Assembly: GCA_007118975.1 (NCBI GenBank)
Contig: SKQO01000019.1
Span: 41,049 to 105,048 of the forward strand
DNA length: 64,000 nucleotides
Direction: 5' to 3'
Source of the DNA: Halobacteriales archaeon
Lineage (GTDB): Archaea; Halobacteriota; Halobacteria; Halobacteriales; SKNY01
Under the pieces are notes generated by a model, which had not been told where the DNA came from, searched no databases, and worked only from the letters and a program-made list of their open reading frames with translations. A program made the position numbers and the translations under genes. Below, one piece after another: positions 20,645 to 29,979 of the stretch; within the stretch, counting starts at the first letter, position 1, and each line of letters begins with the position of its first letter.

Positions 20645-21550
20645 CTAGATGGCTCGGCGAGCACGGAAAATTGCCTGGAGAGACATGAATAGGATGACGA
20701 GTGCAAGGAGCATCGCCACCACTGCGAGCGCCTGGTGGAACGAGAGGAAGCCACCGACCATCAGGATGATGGAAACGAGTAACGCAAACACGGGAATCGC
20801 CAGATCATCAAGGAGGGCGAGAAGCACACTCCGATTGTCCCGATACACTCGAACGGGATGGAAGGTGCCACTGGTATCCGATCCTTCGATGCCGAGTTCG
20901 GTCCTCGTATCGTAGTCGATGTAGATCGGTGGAATGTCGATGTCCGCCCCGAGCGGCGGTTCCGCCGCAATCTCGCCCGCGTATCGCTCGGGATGTTGTT
21001 CTTCCATCCGTCGTTTCTTTTCCCGCAAATCGTCTGTCAGTGGGAGGGCACGTACGCGGGAGCGGCCGTAGCCCGACTCCAGGACGACCATATCGCCCTC
21101 CTCGATTCCGATCAGTGACATCACCGACGCCGGAAGCCGGCAGACCCGGAACTCGGGGTCGGGGAGCACAGCCCGGCGCACGCGGCAGAGTGCTGGCCTC
21201 GTCTGGAGAATCCGATTGACCGGCTCGTCGCCGTACGGATCGGTCGAATCCTCGATGACGCGGACGTTCTTGCCCAACGGCATCCCCAGCGCCTGGTGGA
21301 GATTCGTCCCGACGCCGATCTCCTCTTTGCCCACTTCCGTGGCCTTGGTTTCGACCCGCGCCGGCAGCCGGGGATTCGGCGTGAGTAACTCCGTGGCGCG
21401 CTCAAGGATCACGTACTCGTCTTCGTCCGTCCTGTCGAACTCCGTCGCCAGCGTGTCCTCGTTGAGCTGGACCACGTGCTCCCGTGCGGATTGTAACTCC
21501 CGACAGTTCGTGGTCGTGAGGTAATGGACGGGGACGTCCGTCTCGGCCAT
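20645..21550 (-). CDS. Hypothetical protein: tandem Cdc48/VAT-N-like double-psi beta-barrels plus two C-terminal TM helices
   Basis: RVRRAVLPDPEFRVCRLPASVMSLIGIEEGDMVVLE and IYIDYDTRTELGI resemble the two psi-loop halves of the VAT N-domain; hydrophobic C-terminal hairpin. Confidence 0.7.
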   Translation of the reverse strand: MAETDVPVHYLTTTNCRELQSAREHVVQLNEDTLATEFDRTDEDEYVILERATELLTPNPRLPARVETKATEVGKEEIGVGTNLHQALGMPLGKNVRVIEDSTDPYGDEPVNRILQTRPALCRVRRAVLPDPEFRVCRLPASVMSLIGIEEGDMVVLESGYGRSRVRALPLTDDLREKKRRMEEQHPERYAGEIAAEPPLGADIDIPPIYIDYDTRTELGIEGSDTSGTFHPVRVYRDNRSVLLALLDDLAIPVFALLVSIILMVGGFLSFHQALAVVAMLLALVILFMSLQAIFRARRAI

Positions 21551-21744
21551 GGCGATCGGCTTCTGTATGGACCAAGATATACCTTGAGATGTTAGGTGCT
21601 CGAACCATTGCGCCCCGATCGCGCTACGTGTACAAAGGAGACCTCAAAACGATCGGGGAGAACGCCGACTTCCAGAATTCACGGTGATCGGCGCGAGCAG
21701 GTCGCGGGGCAACCCGACAGGTCGTCCGCACAGTTCGAGGAGTG

Positions 21745-22935
21745 TCACGATCGCCCTCGACCCAGTGCTAGCAACATGACGCCGCCGATCGCGAAAAACA
21801 ACAAAAAGCTCACAAAGGCCGGAACGAACCCGATCGTGTTCGCGGAGAGCCCGGCATACGCGGGTCCCAGACTACCCACGAACAAGTAGACCGTCCGCAT
21901 CGCACCGAGGTCACCAGCCATACTCTCGTTCGGGAAATAGTCCATCAGATACGCCTGCAACCCGGGCGGGACACCGCGGTAACCCAGCGCGTACACGATG
22001 ACCCCGACCAGCGCGACTGTCGCAGTCGGTGCCGTTACCAACATCCCCAGGCCGACCGCCCCGAGGAAAAAACAACCACCGGCAACGTGGAGCCGGGAGT
22101 GTATGTCGCTGAGAAAACCGCCGAGTGGTTTCGCGACGAGCCCGGTCGCATAGAGGAGTGCGAACGCCGAGCTGGCCACCGCGAAGGAAACGTCGTGTAC
22201 CTGGATCAGAAACAACGGCAGGAACGTGCCCACACCACTTGCGGCGAGCACGTAGAGCGAGTATACGACCAGAATCAACCGTAACCGTGCATCACCGAAC
22301 ACACGCTTTGCCGTCCCTTCCAACCCCAGCTCAACGCGACCGACGCGGATAGGTTCGCGGCTGACGTAATACAGGGCCACGAAGAGGGGCAATAGGACGA
22401 GTGCGAGCGGGAGAAACGCCGCTCGCCAGGTGGCGACGGCCACGATCACCACCGCTATGCCGGCCCCGATGATGCCCGACACCTCGCTCCCGAGCATGTT
22501 GATTCCGAACGCCCGCCCACGTTTTTCTCTGAACATGTCCGAGAGCAGTGCCCGAGAGGACGGCGAGTACATCCCGTTGCCGAGCCCGAAAATCACAATG
22601 GCGACCAAAAATAGCGCATACGACGTTGCGAGCGACAGCAGGACCACACCGACGATTACGAAGGCGATACAAGCGAGCAACATCGTCGTTCGCGAGAGAT
22701 CGTCCGCGACCCGACCGCTCGGATATTCCACGCCGGCTCTCACCATGCGCTCTGCAGTGAGTGCGATCCCTGCGAGTGCCGCGGTGATCGCGAGGTCGTC
22801 GATAATCGCCGGAAGCAGCGGTGGGAGCAACCGGCTCGTGAGGGAGACGCAGAGCCAGATCGTGGTAATCAGGAGAAACAACCGTCCGGTATGGCCGCGA
22901 AACAGCCGTTCCGGCCGATTGTAGGCGTAGACCAT
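21745..22935 (-). CDS. MFS transporter
   Basis: About 12 TM; GRVADDLSR motif A, RGRAFGI, GFLSDIHSR. Confidence 0.92.
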   Translation of the reverse strand: MVYAYNRPERLFRGHTGRLFLLITTIWLCVSLTSRLLPPLLPAIIDDLAITAALAGIALTAERMVRAGVEYPSGRVADDLSRTTMLLACIAFVIVGVVLLSLATSYALFLVAIVIFGLGNGMYSPSSRALLSDMFREKRGRAFGINMLGSEVSGIIGAGIAVVIVAVATWRAAFLPLALVLLPLFVALYYVSREPIRVGRVELGLEGTAKRVFGDARLRLILVVYSLYVLAASGVGTFLPLFLIQVHDVSFAVASSAFALLYATGLVAKPLGGFLSDIHSRLHVAGGCFFLGAVGLGMLVTAPTATVALVGVIVYALGYRGVPPGLQAYLMDYFPNESMAGDLGAMRTVYLFVGSLGPAYAGLSANTIGFVPAFVSFLLFFAIGGVMLLALGRGRS

Positions 22936-23029
22936 GCCGGGGGAGTAGTATTCGAGAGGGCCATGGGAGCCCGGTAGTAGATTTCGATTTTATCGCCGGA
23001 ACCGCCGTAACCATCGATCCCTGGCGCGG

Positions 23030-23869
23030 TCAGCCGAACGCCAGCGCCCAGGCCTCGTCGAGAGCCGCTTTGGTCGCCCGAACCGCCGCTTCATCCTCCA
23101 TGTCCGCGAGGTCGTCGTCAAACGGTTCCACCGTCACGGGGCCGTCATACCCCATCCGATCGAGCTCCCGCAGAAACGTTTGGATGTCGATGACACCGGT
23201 GCTCATGGGGAGCTCTCGCTCGTTGTCCCGCTGGTCTTCGACGCGTTTGTCGGGGGCGTCGTTTACATGGACGTCGACGACGTGGTGAGCTTCTAACTCC
23301 CGGAGAACATCCGTATCGCCCCCGGACGTGTACCAGTGCCAGCTGTCGAGTAACAGGCCGACATTGTCGGTCTCGATTATGTCACAGAGCTCGAGCATGT
23401 CGCCCGCGGTATGGATAAACGGGTATTCGTGTCCGGCCCGGAGCGACGGCGTCCCGACGAACTCGAGGCCGAGCCTGACATCGTGGCTGTCGAGCAACCT
23501 GGCCACAGGTTCGATCCGCTTCTGATGGAACGCGAGGTTCTCCTCGAAGGGCCGCTCGTCGCTGAATGGCAGGAGATAGGTAGATGCCCGCTGACAACCG
23601 AGTGCTGCGACGTCAGCCACGATCGCTTCGAGTCGCTCGACGCCGCTGTGATACTCGGCGTCAGAGGCGTCGAACTGCACAGGGAGCCCAATACTGCCCG
23701 GCCGGAGGTCGTTCGTCCGGAGGAGCTCCCGGTACTGTTCTGGCCCGTGTTCAGCCAGATAATCGATCGAGACGTTGATGCCCGAAAAGCCGTGTGTTCC
23801 CGCCAGTTCGGCTGCCGCCGGCACGGTTCGGCTGACCCCGACCATCCCCGGTGCCAAACACTTGTACAT
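23030..23869 (-). CDS. Sugar phosphate isomerase/epimerase (xylose isomerase-like TIM barrel)
   Basis: LGLEFVG, GLLLDSWHW, DVHVND, GVIDI, GYDGPVTVEPF. Confidence 0.9.
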   Translation of the reverse strand: MYKCLAPGMVGVSRTVPAAAELAGTHGFSGINVSIDYLAEHGPEQYRELLRTNDLRPGSIGLPVQFDASDAEYHSGVERLEAIVADVAALGCQRASTYLLPFSDERPFEENLAFHQKRIEPVARLLDSHDVRLGLEFVGTPSLRAGHEYPFIHTAGDMLELCDIIETDNVGLLLDSWHWYTSGGDTDVLRELEAHHVVDVHVNDAPDKRVEDQRDNERELPMSTGVIDIQTFLRELDRMGYDGPVTVEPFDDDLADMEDEAAVRATKAALDEAWALAFG

Positions 23870-23928
23870 GGGCCTGCTGGGTCGGGTCGGACCAAGATAG
23901 TTCTGGCCCACCGACGCACCAATCTTTC

Positions 23929-24293
23929 TGCGAGGAGAGAATCCCGCCGTTTACGGCGGACGTGATCCGACAACGCCGACGCAATCAACGTTCAACAGCA
24001 GCACGGGTATTTAAGTAGCATCGTGCCGTAACATAGCATACACTGAGGCGGCATGACCGCCCACCTAATCGGCCAATATCGGACTCCGAAAACCAGCATG
24101 TTCGAGACACTCTCGAACCGCTGTGGTGTCTCGGTTAGCAATGTAACTCCGAGTCCTCTGTCGGGATAGGAGTAACGGTGATGTGGCCCCGTCATCTGCC
24201 TGTCATGCCGACAGGTCGTAAACCAGTAAATATCCCAACACAGCGGCGCGGTGCCGTGGGAAGCCTCGCCGTTTACGGCGAGGAGGAGGTCAC
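23929..24293 (+). mobile_element. Miniature non-autonomous IS200/IS605 derivative (PATE-like) with internally deleted tnpB
   Basis: Near-identical subterminal hairpins CCGCCGT-TT-ACGGCGG (23944-23959) and CCTCGCCGT-TT-ACGGCGAGG (24264-24283); right end AGGAGGAGGTCAC; internal TTTAAGTA box; remnant resembling tnpB 3' ends (VTPSP..DRSNG). Left boundary approximate. Confidence 0.8.
24010..24017 (+). promoter_or_regulatory. Archaeal TATA box inside the mini-IS605 element
   Basis: TTTAAGTA downstream of the left-end hairpin, where the tnpB promoter is expected. Confidence 0.6.
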
Positions 24294-24313
24294 AGTGGCG
24301 TCAACCCACAAAC
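24140..24313 (+). ncRNA. Putative TnpB omega-RNA (reRNA/sotRNA) scaffold plus flank-derived guide
   Basis: Retained tnpB 3' region through the right-end hairpin and TCAC; guide would start at 24294 (AGTGGCGTCAACCCACAAAC). 5' end is a guess. Confidence 0.5.
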
Positions 24314-24325
24314 CACGCAAACACC

Positions 24326-25033
24326 ATGCGCGGCGATCCGTCCCTGGCGCGAATTCGAACCCTCTTCTCGGGAGCGGCGCCCCGTTATGACGTCGTGGTA
24401 CGGACGACCACGCTCGGGATGGATGTGCTCTGGAAACGACGGCTGCTCGCGACGATCCCGCCGGATCGCTCGTTTGACCGTATCGTCGATCTGGCGTGCG
24501 GGACAGGCATCGTGACCGAGGCGCTTGCAACTCGATATCCCGACGCCGACGTGATCGGGGTCGATCTCTCGGAGGACATGCTGGCGATTGCTTGGCGCCG
24601 ACTCACCCAGGAAAACGTCGAGCTGGTCCGCATGCGCGCCGAGGATCTGCATGCGCTCCGATCTGCCAGCGTCGACCTTGTCGTTGGCTCGTATCTGCCG
24701 AAGTACGTCGATCTCGACGAACTGGCACGATCCGTGACGGCGGTGCTAGACGAGCTGGGGGTAGTGGTGTTCCACGATTTTACGTACCCGCACCACCCCA
24801 TCTACCGATTCGGCTTCGACGTATACTGGGCCGCCCTGGCACGACTGCTCGATCGGTTGCCCGGATATGGACCCATCGCGGCCGACCTGAAACCACTCAT
24901 CGTCGAAAACACCGACTGGCCCGACCGGCTCCTGGGCGCACTCGAAACCGCTGGGTTCGACCGAACGACCCATCGCGTCCAGCCGCTCCAGATCGCCGCC
25001 ATCGTCACGGCCACGAAAGCGGGCAGGGGATAG
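24326..25033 (+). CDS. UbiE/MenG-like class I SAM methyltransferase
   Basis: FSGAAPRYD..TLGMDVLWKR, IVDLACGTG, GVDLSEDML; 4 nt upstream of a UbiA-family gene. Confidence 0.85.
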   Translation: MRGDPSLARIRTLFSGAAPRYDVVVRTTTLGMDVLWKRRLLATIPPDRSFDRIVDLACGTGIVTEALATRYPDADVIGVDLSEDMLAIAWRRLTQENVELVRMRAEDLHALRSASVDLVVGSYLPKYVDLDELARSVTAVLDELGVVVFHDFTYPHHPIYRFGFDVYWAALARLLDRLPGYGPIAADLKPLIVENTDWPDRLLGALETAGFDRTTHRVQPLQIAAIVTATKAGRG

Positions 25034-25037
25034 CCGC

Positions 25038-25952
25038 ATGGGTGCACAGATGGCAAGACTGGCCGGTGGTCTTTATCAGCTGTCTCGACCCGATCCGACA
25101 ATCTCGTGGGCTGTGGGTGCCTTCGCGATCGGCGCCGGCATCGCATTCGGTCGCTTAGGTGTCGCCATTCACTGGTGGGACGGCCTCATCGCCCTGGTGG
25201 GCGTGATCGCAGCCATCTCGTTCGGGGCCCACGGCCTGAACGACGCGTACGACTGGATGACAGGAGCCGATCGAGCTAGTCCCGGCGAGGGAACCGGCGG
25301 CTCGCGAGTCATTCCAGACGGACGGTTTACGGTTCGTCAGACGTTGCTCGTCGGCATCGCCGGGCTCGTTGTCACCGCAGGAATGGGCGTCTATTTTTAT
25401 CGGTTGTACGGCTGGCCGGTCCTCATCCTGACCGCCATCGGGGTCGGGGCTCCGATCCTCTACAGCGTGCCGCCGTTGGCCCTCGCCTACCGCCCGTTCC
25501 CTGAACTCGTCGTGGTGGTCCCCGCGCTGGTGGGCGTGACGGTGGGGAGCGAACTCGTGTTTTCGGGGACAATCACGGTTGCGGGGGTAATCGCCGGCTC
25601 GGTGCACGCGGCGTTCAGCATCTCGTGGTACGTGGTAAGTCGGGTGCCGGATTTTCACGCCGACAGGCAGGCCGGAAAGACGACCTCCGTAGTCCTGCTC
25701 GGTCTAGATCGAGCCGGGCCACTTTCAGGAGTGTATCTCCTCTCAGGTGGGCTTCTCGCAGTTGCTGCCGCGAGTATCATCGATCCGATATTCTTGCTGA
25801 GCCTTGTGTTCGGTGCACTTCTGGCGACGGGCCTCCGGACGCTCGAACCCAGGCGGCCACGCCAGGCCTCCCGCCTGCGATACCGGCAAATGCGTGTGTG
25901 TACGATTCATGCGTTCGCCCTCGCCCTGGCGCTGGCAAGGCCGTGGGGATAG
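25038..25952 (+). CDS. UbiA-family prenyltransferase, MenA-like
   Basis: SRP, LNDAYDW..GAD, GGSRVI, YSVPPLALAY, PDFHADRQAGKTT; multiple TM. Confidence 0.85.
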   Translation: MGAQMARLAGGLYQLSRPDPTISWAVGAFAIGAGIAFGRLGVAIHWWDGLIALVGVIAAISFGAHGLNDAYDWMTGADRASPGEGTGGSRVIPDGRFTVRQTLLVGIAGLVVTAGMGVYFYRLYGWPVLILTAIGVGAPILYSVPPLALAYRPFPELVVVVPALVGVTVGSELVFSGTITVAGVIAGSVHAAFSISWYVVSRVPDFHADRQAGKTTSVVLLGLDRAGPLSGVYLLSGGLLAVAAASIIDPIFLLSLVFGALLATGLRTLEPRRPRQASRLRYRQMRVCTIHAFALALALARPWG

Positions 25953-26052
25953 GCAACGAGTGTACAGATGCCAGCAGGCACGATGTGACCGATCATCCGC
26001 AGGACCGTTCCTCGACCACATCGGGACGGTGCTGCGCCAGCGAACGGCGTCC

Positions 26053-26814
26053 CTAGAACAGGACGATCGCGATCGGAACCCCGAACAGTATACCGAGTTC
26101 GACCAACTCCAGCACTGGGGTCGGATCCGCCGTCGTCGCCAGTGGACTCGCGTTCACCATCGCGTGAAAGCCCATCACGAAGATCAGTCCGCCCCGCGTA
26201 CTGTTGTATAGCCACGCCATGATAATGGAGAACATCGGAAGGACGAGGAAAAGAGCGAGCCACTCGTTGCCGTCATAGCCCAGACCACCACCAGCGACGA
26301 TTGGGACGTGCCAGAGGGCCCAAAGCAGGCCGATCAGGAGCCCGACGACCAGCGCAGACCATCGACCTTGCAACCGTTGCTGCAGATAGCCGCGCCATCC
26401 GAACTCCTCGAGTGCGCCCGCGAGCAGCAGGACGAACAGAAAATCCCCGATGAATTCGATCGGATCGACCACATCGACCGAATGTCCGAGTAACCACCCG
26501 ACCAGATGTCCCGATTGAGTGAGGAACAACGGGACGCAGAGCGCGGCAAGATACCATTGAAATCCGACGGACCGTCGCGGGATAACCTGCCGGATCCACG
26601 CCCATACACCCCGGCCAGATGCGGCGACGACAACCAATCCCGCAATCATCGTTCCCCAGGCGATCGGGGCAAACAGCCACCGTGATTGGGTATAACCGAA
26701 CGAAGCACCGACGGCCCAGACGCTCCACGACCAGCCGAAAGCGATCGTGATGAAACATAACAGCTCGCGTCCCACCGAATCCACCATCGGGGGCAGGGGC
26801 ATGCACGCTGACAT
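26053..26814 (-). CDS. CPBP (CAAX/Abi) intramembrane glutamic endopeptidase
   Basis: EEFGWRGYLQ, WALWHVP, WLYNSTRG, FHAMVN. Confidence 0.9.
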   Translation of the reverse strand: MSACMPLPPMVDSVGRELLCFITIAFGWSWSVWAVGASFGYTQSRWLFAPIAWGTMIAGLVVVAASGRGVWAWIRQVIPRRSVGFQWYLAALCVPLFLTQSGHLVGWLLGHSVDVVDPIEFIGDFLFVLLLAGALEEFGWRGYLQQRLQGRWSALVVGLLIGLLWALWHVPIVAGGGLGYDGNEWLALFLVLPMFSIIMAWLYNSTRGGLIFVMGFHAMVNASPLATTADPTPVLELVELGILFGVPIAIVLF

Positions 26815-26945
26815 CCCGCGCGCAGGTGGTTAAAACGAGAGGAAGAACGCCGAGTCGGAAGGCCACCGGCCGGACGAGCCCGAGAAACCGGCCGGTTTAC
26901 GCGCGAAACAGTGGAATTATTCGGACGGCGGCGGGCTGTTCTTAC

Positions 26946-27833
26946 ATGCTCGAACTCGGCATCGTCGGCTCGGACAATTCACACGCGCTTCATTTCGCAC
27001 AGATTGCAAACCAGTCGGACCTGGGGGTTGATCGCTGTCGGGTCGTCGGTATCTGCGGCGCCGAACCCGATCGAACCCAGGAAGTCGCAGAAGAGGGAGG
27101 AATCGACGAGATCTACGAGACACCGGAGGACATGGTCGATGTCGTTGACGCTGCCTTGGTCGTCGACCGCCACGGCGGACTGCATCGCGAACACGCCATG
27201 CCGTTTCTCGAGGCGGGGCTACCCGTCTTTGTCGACAAGCCCTTCGCGGTCGACCTTGCGGATGTCGAGGCGATGATCGATGCGGCGAGGGAACACGACG
27301 TGCCGGTCACCTCGTTTTCGACCGTCCGGTTTGCCCCGACGACGCTTGAGCTCGCAGATCGGGTCGAGGGGATCGGCGAGGTGAAAGCTGCCCAGCTGGC
27401 CGGGCCGTGTGACTTCGACAGCCAGTATGCCGGGCCCTACTTCTATGCAACCCACGTGGTTGCCATGGCTGCTCCGCTGGTCGGTGAATCCGTCGAAACC
27501 GTGCGCGCCCACCGGAACGGGGACACCGTCACCGTGACGGCAGACTGGGGGGAAGACACTGGCGTCGCCATCACGTACGTGACCAACGCAGCCTACCAGT
27601 TTCGGGCGACACTATTCGGGACTGACGACGTCTTGGCAGAGGAGGTCTCCCTGGACGGTTGCTACGAGGCCGGCTTCGAGGTCGTCCTCGACATGTTCGA
27701 GACCGGCGAATGGCCGCTCTCGGCGGAGCAGTTGAAGCGCCCGATCGCTTTCGTCGACGCCATCGAGAAATCGCTCGAAGCGGATGGCGCTTCCGTCCCC
27801 GTACCTGTCGATCGCTCTGGCCGCCGGGAGTGA
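26946..27833 (+). CDS. Gfo/Idh/MocA family oxidoreductase
   Basis: LGIVGSDNSH, H..HAMPFLEAGLPVFVDKPFA, YATH. Confidence 0.88.
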   Translation: MLELGIVGSDNSHALHFAQIANQSDLGVDRCRVVGICGAEPDRTQEVAEEGGIDEIYETPEDMVDVVDAALVVDRHGGLHREHAMPFLEAGLPVFVDKPFAVDLADVEAMIDAAREHDVPVTSFSTVRFAPTTLELADRVEGIGEVKAAQLAGPCDFDSQYAGPYFYATHVVAMAAPLVGESVETVRAHRNGDTVTVTADWGEDTGVAITYVTNAAYQFRATLFGTDDVLAEEVSLDGCYEAGFEVVLDMFETGEWPLSAEQLKRPIAFVDAIEKSLEADGASVPVPVDRSGRRE

Positions 27834-27892
27834 GCCAACTCGTCACGAAGAACAGTAGAACTATCCCCGCCACTTCGTGACCATCACCTACC

Positions 27893-28561
27893 ATGGCACG
27901 TGAATACACCGTTCCCTACACCGAGACAGCACCGCCGCATACCGACCGCGTCGTGGACACCCCGTGGGAGACGGCGGCGTTACTCGAGATGGACCAGTTC
28001 AACTGGTACGAAGGCGGCCCGCAGCCTCGAACGACCGCACGGTTTCTCTTCGACGACACAGCCCTGTACAGCCAGTTCCATGTCGAAGACGATGAGATTT
28101 CCTCGGAAGTAACCGAACTCAACGGTCCCACCTATCAAGACAGTTCAGTGGAACTGTTCGCGGACGCCGGTGCCCGGGATTACTATTTCAATTTCGAGGT
28201 GAACTGCTGCGGGTATTTCCTGCTCGCTTGGCAACCCTACGATCCAGCCGAGCTCGAGGGAGACCGAGACGTGATCGCCCCGGAGATGGCCGAGCGCATC
28301 GCGCTCACATCGTCTATCGAGGGCCCGACCCGCGAGCCCCACCCGGAGGACGAAGAGTGGTGGCTCACGGCGACGATCCCGTTCGAGGTACTGTCCGCAG
28401 TGACCGGACGGAACGTCGCCCCGACGAGCGGGGACGTCTGGGAGGCAAACGTCTACCGTAGCGGTGTACCGTCCTCCCAACTGGCCTCCTGGAGCCCAAT
28501 TCTCACCGACGAACACGAGTACCACAGTCCGGAGTACTTCGGACGGTTCGTGTTCGTGTGA
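27893..28561 (+). CDS. CBM9-like (DOMON-like) carbohydrate-binding protein
   Basis: DDTALY, DSSVELF, YFNFEVN, WWLTATIPF, WEANVYR, YHSPEYFGRF. Confidence 0.82.
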   Translation: MAREYTVPYTETAPPHTDRVVDTPWETAALLEMDQFNWYEGGPQPRTTARFLFDDTALYSQFHVEDDEISSEVTELNGPTYQDSSVELFADAGARDYYFNFEVNCCGYFLLAWQPYDPAELEGDRDVIAPEMAERIALTSSIEGPTREPHPEDEEWWLTATIPFEVLSAVTGRNVAPTSGDVWEANVYRSGVPSSQLASWSPILTDEHEYHSPEYFGRFVFV

Positions 28562-28676
28562 GTTGCGCTCGGACGCCGGGGTCTAACAACGAATGACCAT
28601 CACTCGAACCTGCGGCCCCCCTATCGCGGCGGAACGCTTAGGCCGTTGGCCAGCGTTTATCTCGAGACCTGACCGC

Positions 28677-29066
28677 ATGGCCCCTATTTCACTTCCAGAA
28701 CAGGCAATGGAGATCGTTGTTGAGGAAGGGCCGGGGACGCTTGCGGCGCGCTTGAGCACCCGGCTCTTGGACGACACACCGCTAAAGATCACACGCCCGT
28801 GGCTGCTGGCGCTCAACTCGCATCGCTTGGAAAAAACCGCTGCCAGAATCAGCGACCGGCCCGTCATCGGCCACGACTGCCGTCCCGGCCGCGGCGGTCG
28901 ATCAGAGCATTTCTATCCCCTACTCGAGAGGGCTGGATTCCGTGCCAGGTCCGACGCTGGCAACGCCTCCGAGATCGAAACGAACGTGAAAACCGTCTAT
29001 CTTGCCACCTGTCGATCGAGGACGGGAAAATTCACACCGGTTTACACGACATCGTACATCGGTTAA
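28677..29066 (+). CDS. Hypothetical protein or gene remnant
   Basis: ORF filling the intergenic gap; N-terminal IVVEEGPGTLAARL looks protein-like but the rest is unrecognised. Confidence 0.3.
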   Translation: MAPISLPEQAMEIVVEEGPGTLAARLSTRLLDDTPLKITRPWLLALNSHRLEKTAARISDRPVIGHDCRPGRGGRSEHFYPLLERAGFRARSDAGNASEIETNVKTVYLATCRSRTGKFTPVYTTSYIG

Positions 29067-29175
29067 AATACCTGTGAGCCCCGCGATGAAACCTTCCGTT
29101 ATACAGGCGGAGTGCGGGCCGAATCGATCTGCGGGCTCCGACAGATTATCCGACACACTGGACGAGTTAATCGAC

Positions 29176-29979
29176 ATGATTCGCCAGCGCGTTCCCGGAC
29201 CGACGCCCCACGACCTGTACCACCATCGGATCAGGCCCCGGCGGGCTCAGTTGCGAGTCCATCGTCGCCATGGATCTCCCGTTCCGGATCCGTGGGAATT
29301 GCACGTGATCTCGCCGACAGATATCTCCGGCGTGCTCTCGCCACCGTTCTTTCGGGACGACGGGTTTCGCACGGTCGTCGACGTGAGGGAGGGGGATTGG
29401 GATCGGCCGGCACCGGATCGCTACCTCGAGTATTCCCGTCGGAAACCGCCGGGTGAGGACGAATCGTTCGACGAGCGCCGGACGGTGCCGTTAACGACGG
29501 AGCAGTACGGATTCTATCGGTCGATTTGGGCCTACCTTCGGGGAAGAAAACCGTGGGAGCAGACGCCGACAGGCCGGTATCTCGCCTGGGATCGCTCCGA
29601 ACGCGTGGCTCGGGAGAAACGTCGCGACATCGACCGGTTGGTGGCGTCGATCGAGCGCACGGGATATCACCATCCGGGGCGAGTTGTATCCAGTCCGAGC
29701 CCCACCGTCGAACACCCTCACTACGACGCCGTCGTCGTGAACATCGATCGAGCCGGGAACTACATCCTCGAGGACGGGAAACATCGTCTCTGTGTCGCCA
29801 AGGCGATGGAAGTCCCACGGATCCCGGTTCGTGTCCGCAGCCGTCACCTGGAATGGCACTCGACTCGTGCCGCCGTCGCAGGAGCACGGAAATCGAGCGA
29901 TCTAGACGAACCCCAACGCGATCAGCTGGATCATCCGGACATTCGATCGCTTGTGGCGTTCGAGTCCGCGGTGGGCTAG
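29176..29979 (+). CDS. Hypothetical protein with ParB/sulfiredoxin-like motif
   Basis: LVASIERTGY..VVVNIDRAGNYILEDGKHRLCVAKAMEVPRIPVRV (DG-x-HR). Confidence 0.75.
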   Translation: MIRQRVPGPTPHDLYHHRIRPRRAQLRVHRRHGSPVPDPWELHVISPTDISGVLSPPFFRDDGFRTVVDVREGDWDRPAPDRYLEYSRRKPPGEDESFDERRTVPLTTEQYGFYRSIWAYLRGRKPWEQTPTGRYLAWDRSERVAREKRRDIDRLVASIERTGYHHPGRVVSSPSPTVEHPHYDAVVVNIDRAGNYILEDGKHRLCVAKAMEVPRIPVRVRSRHLEWHSTRAAVAGARKSSDLDEPQRDQLDHPDIRSLVAFESAVG

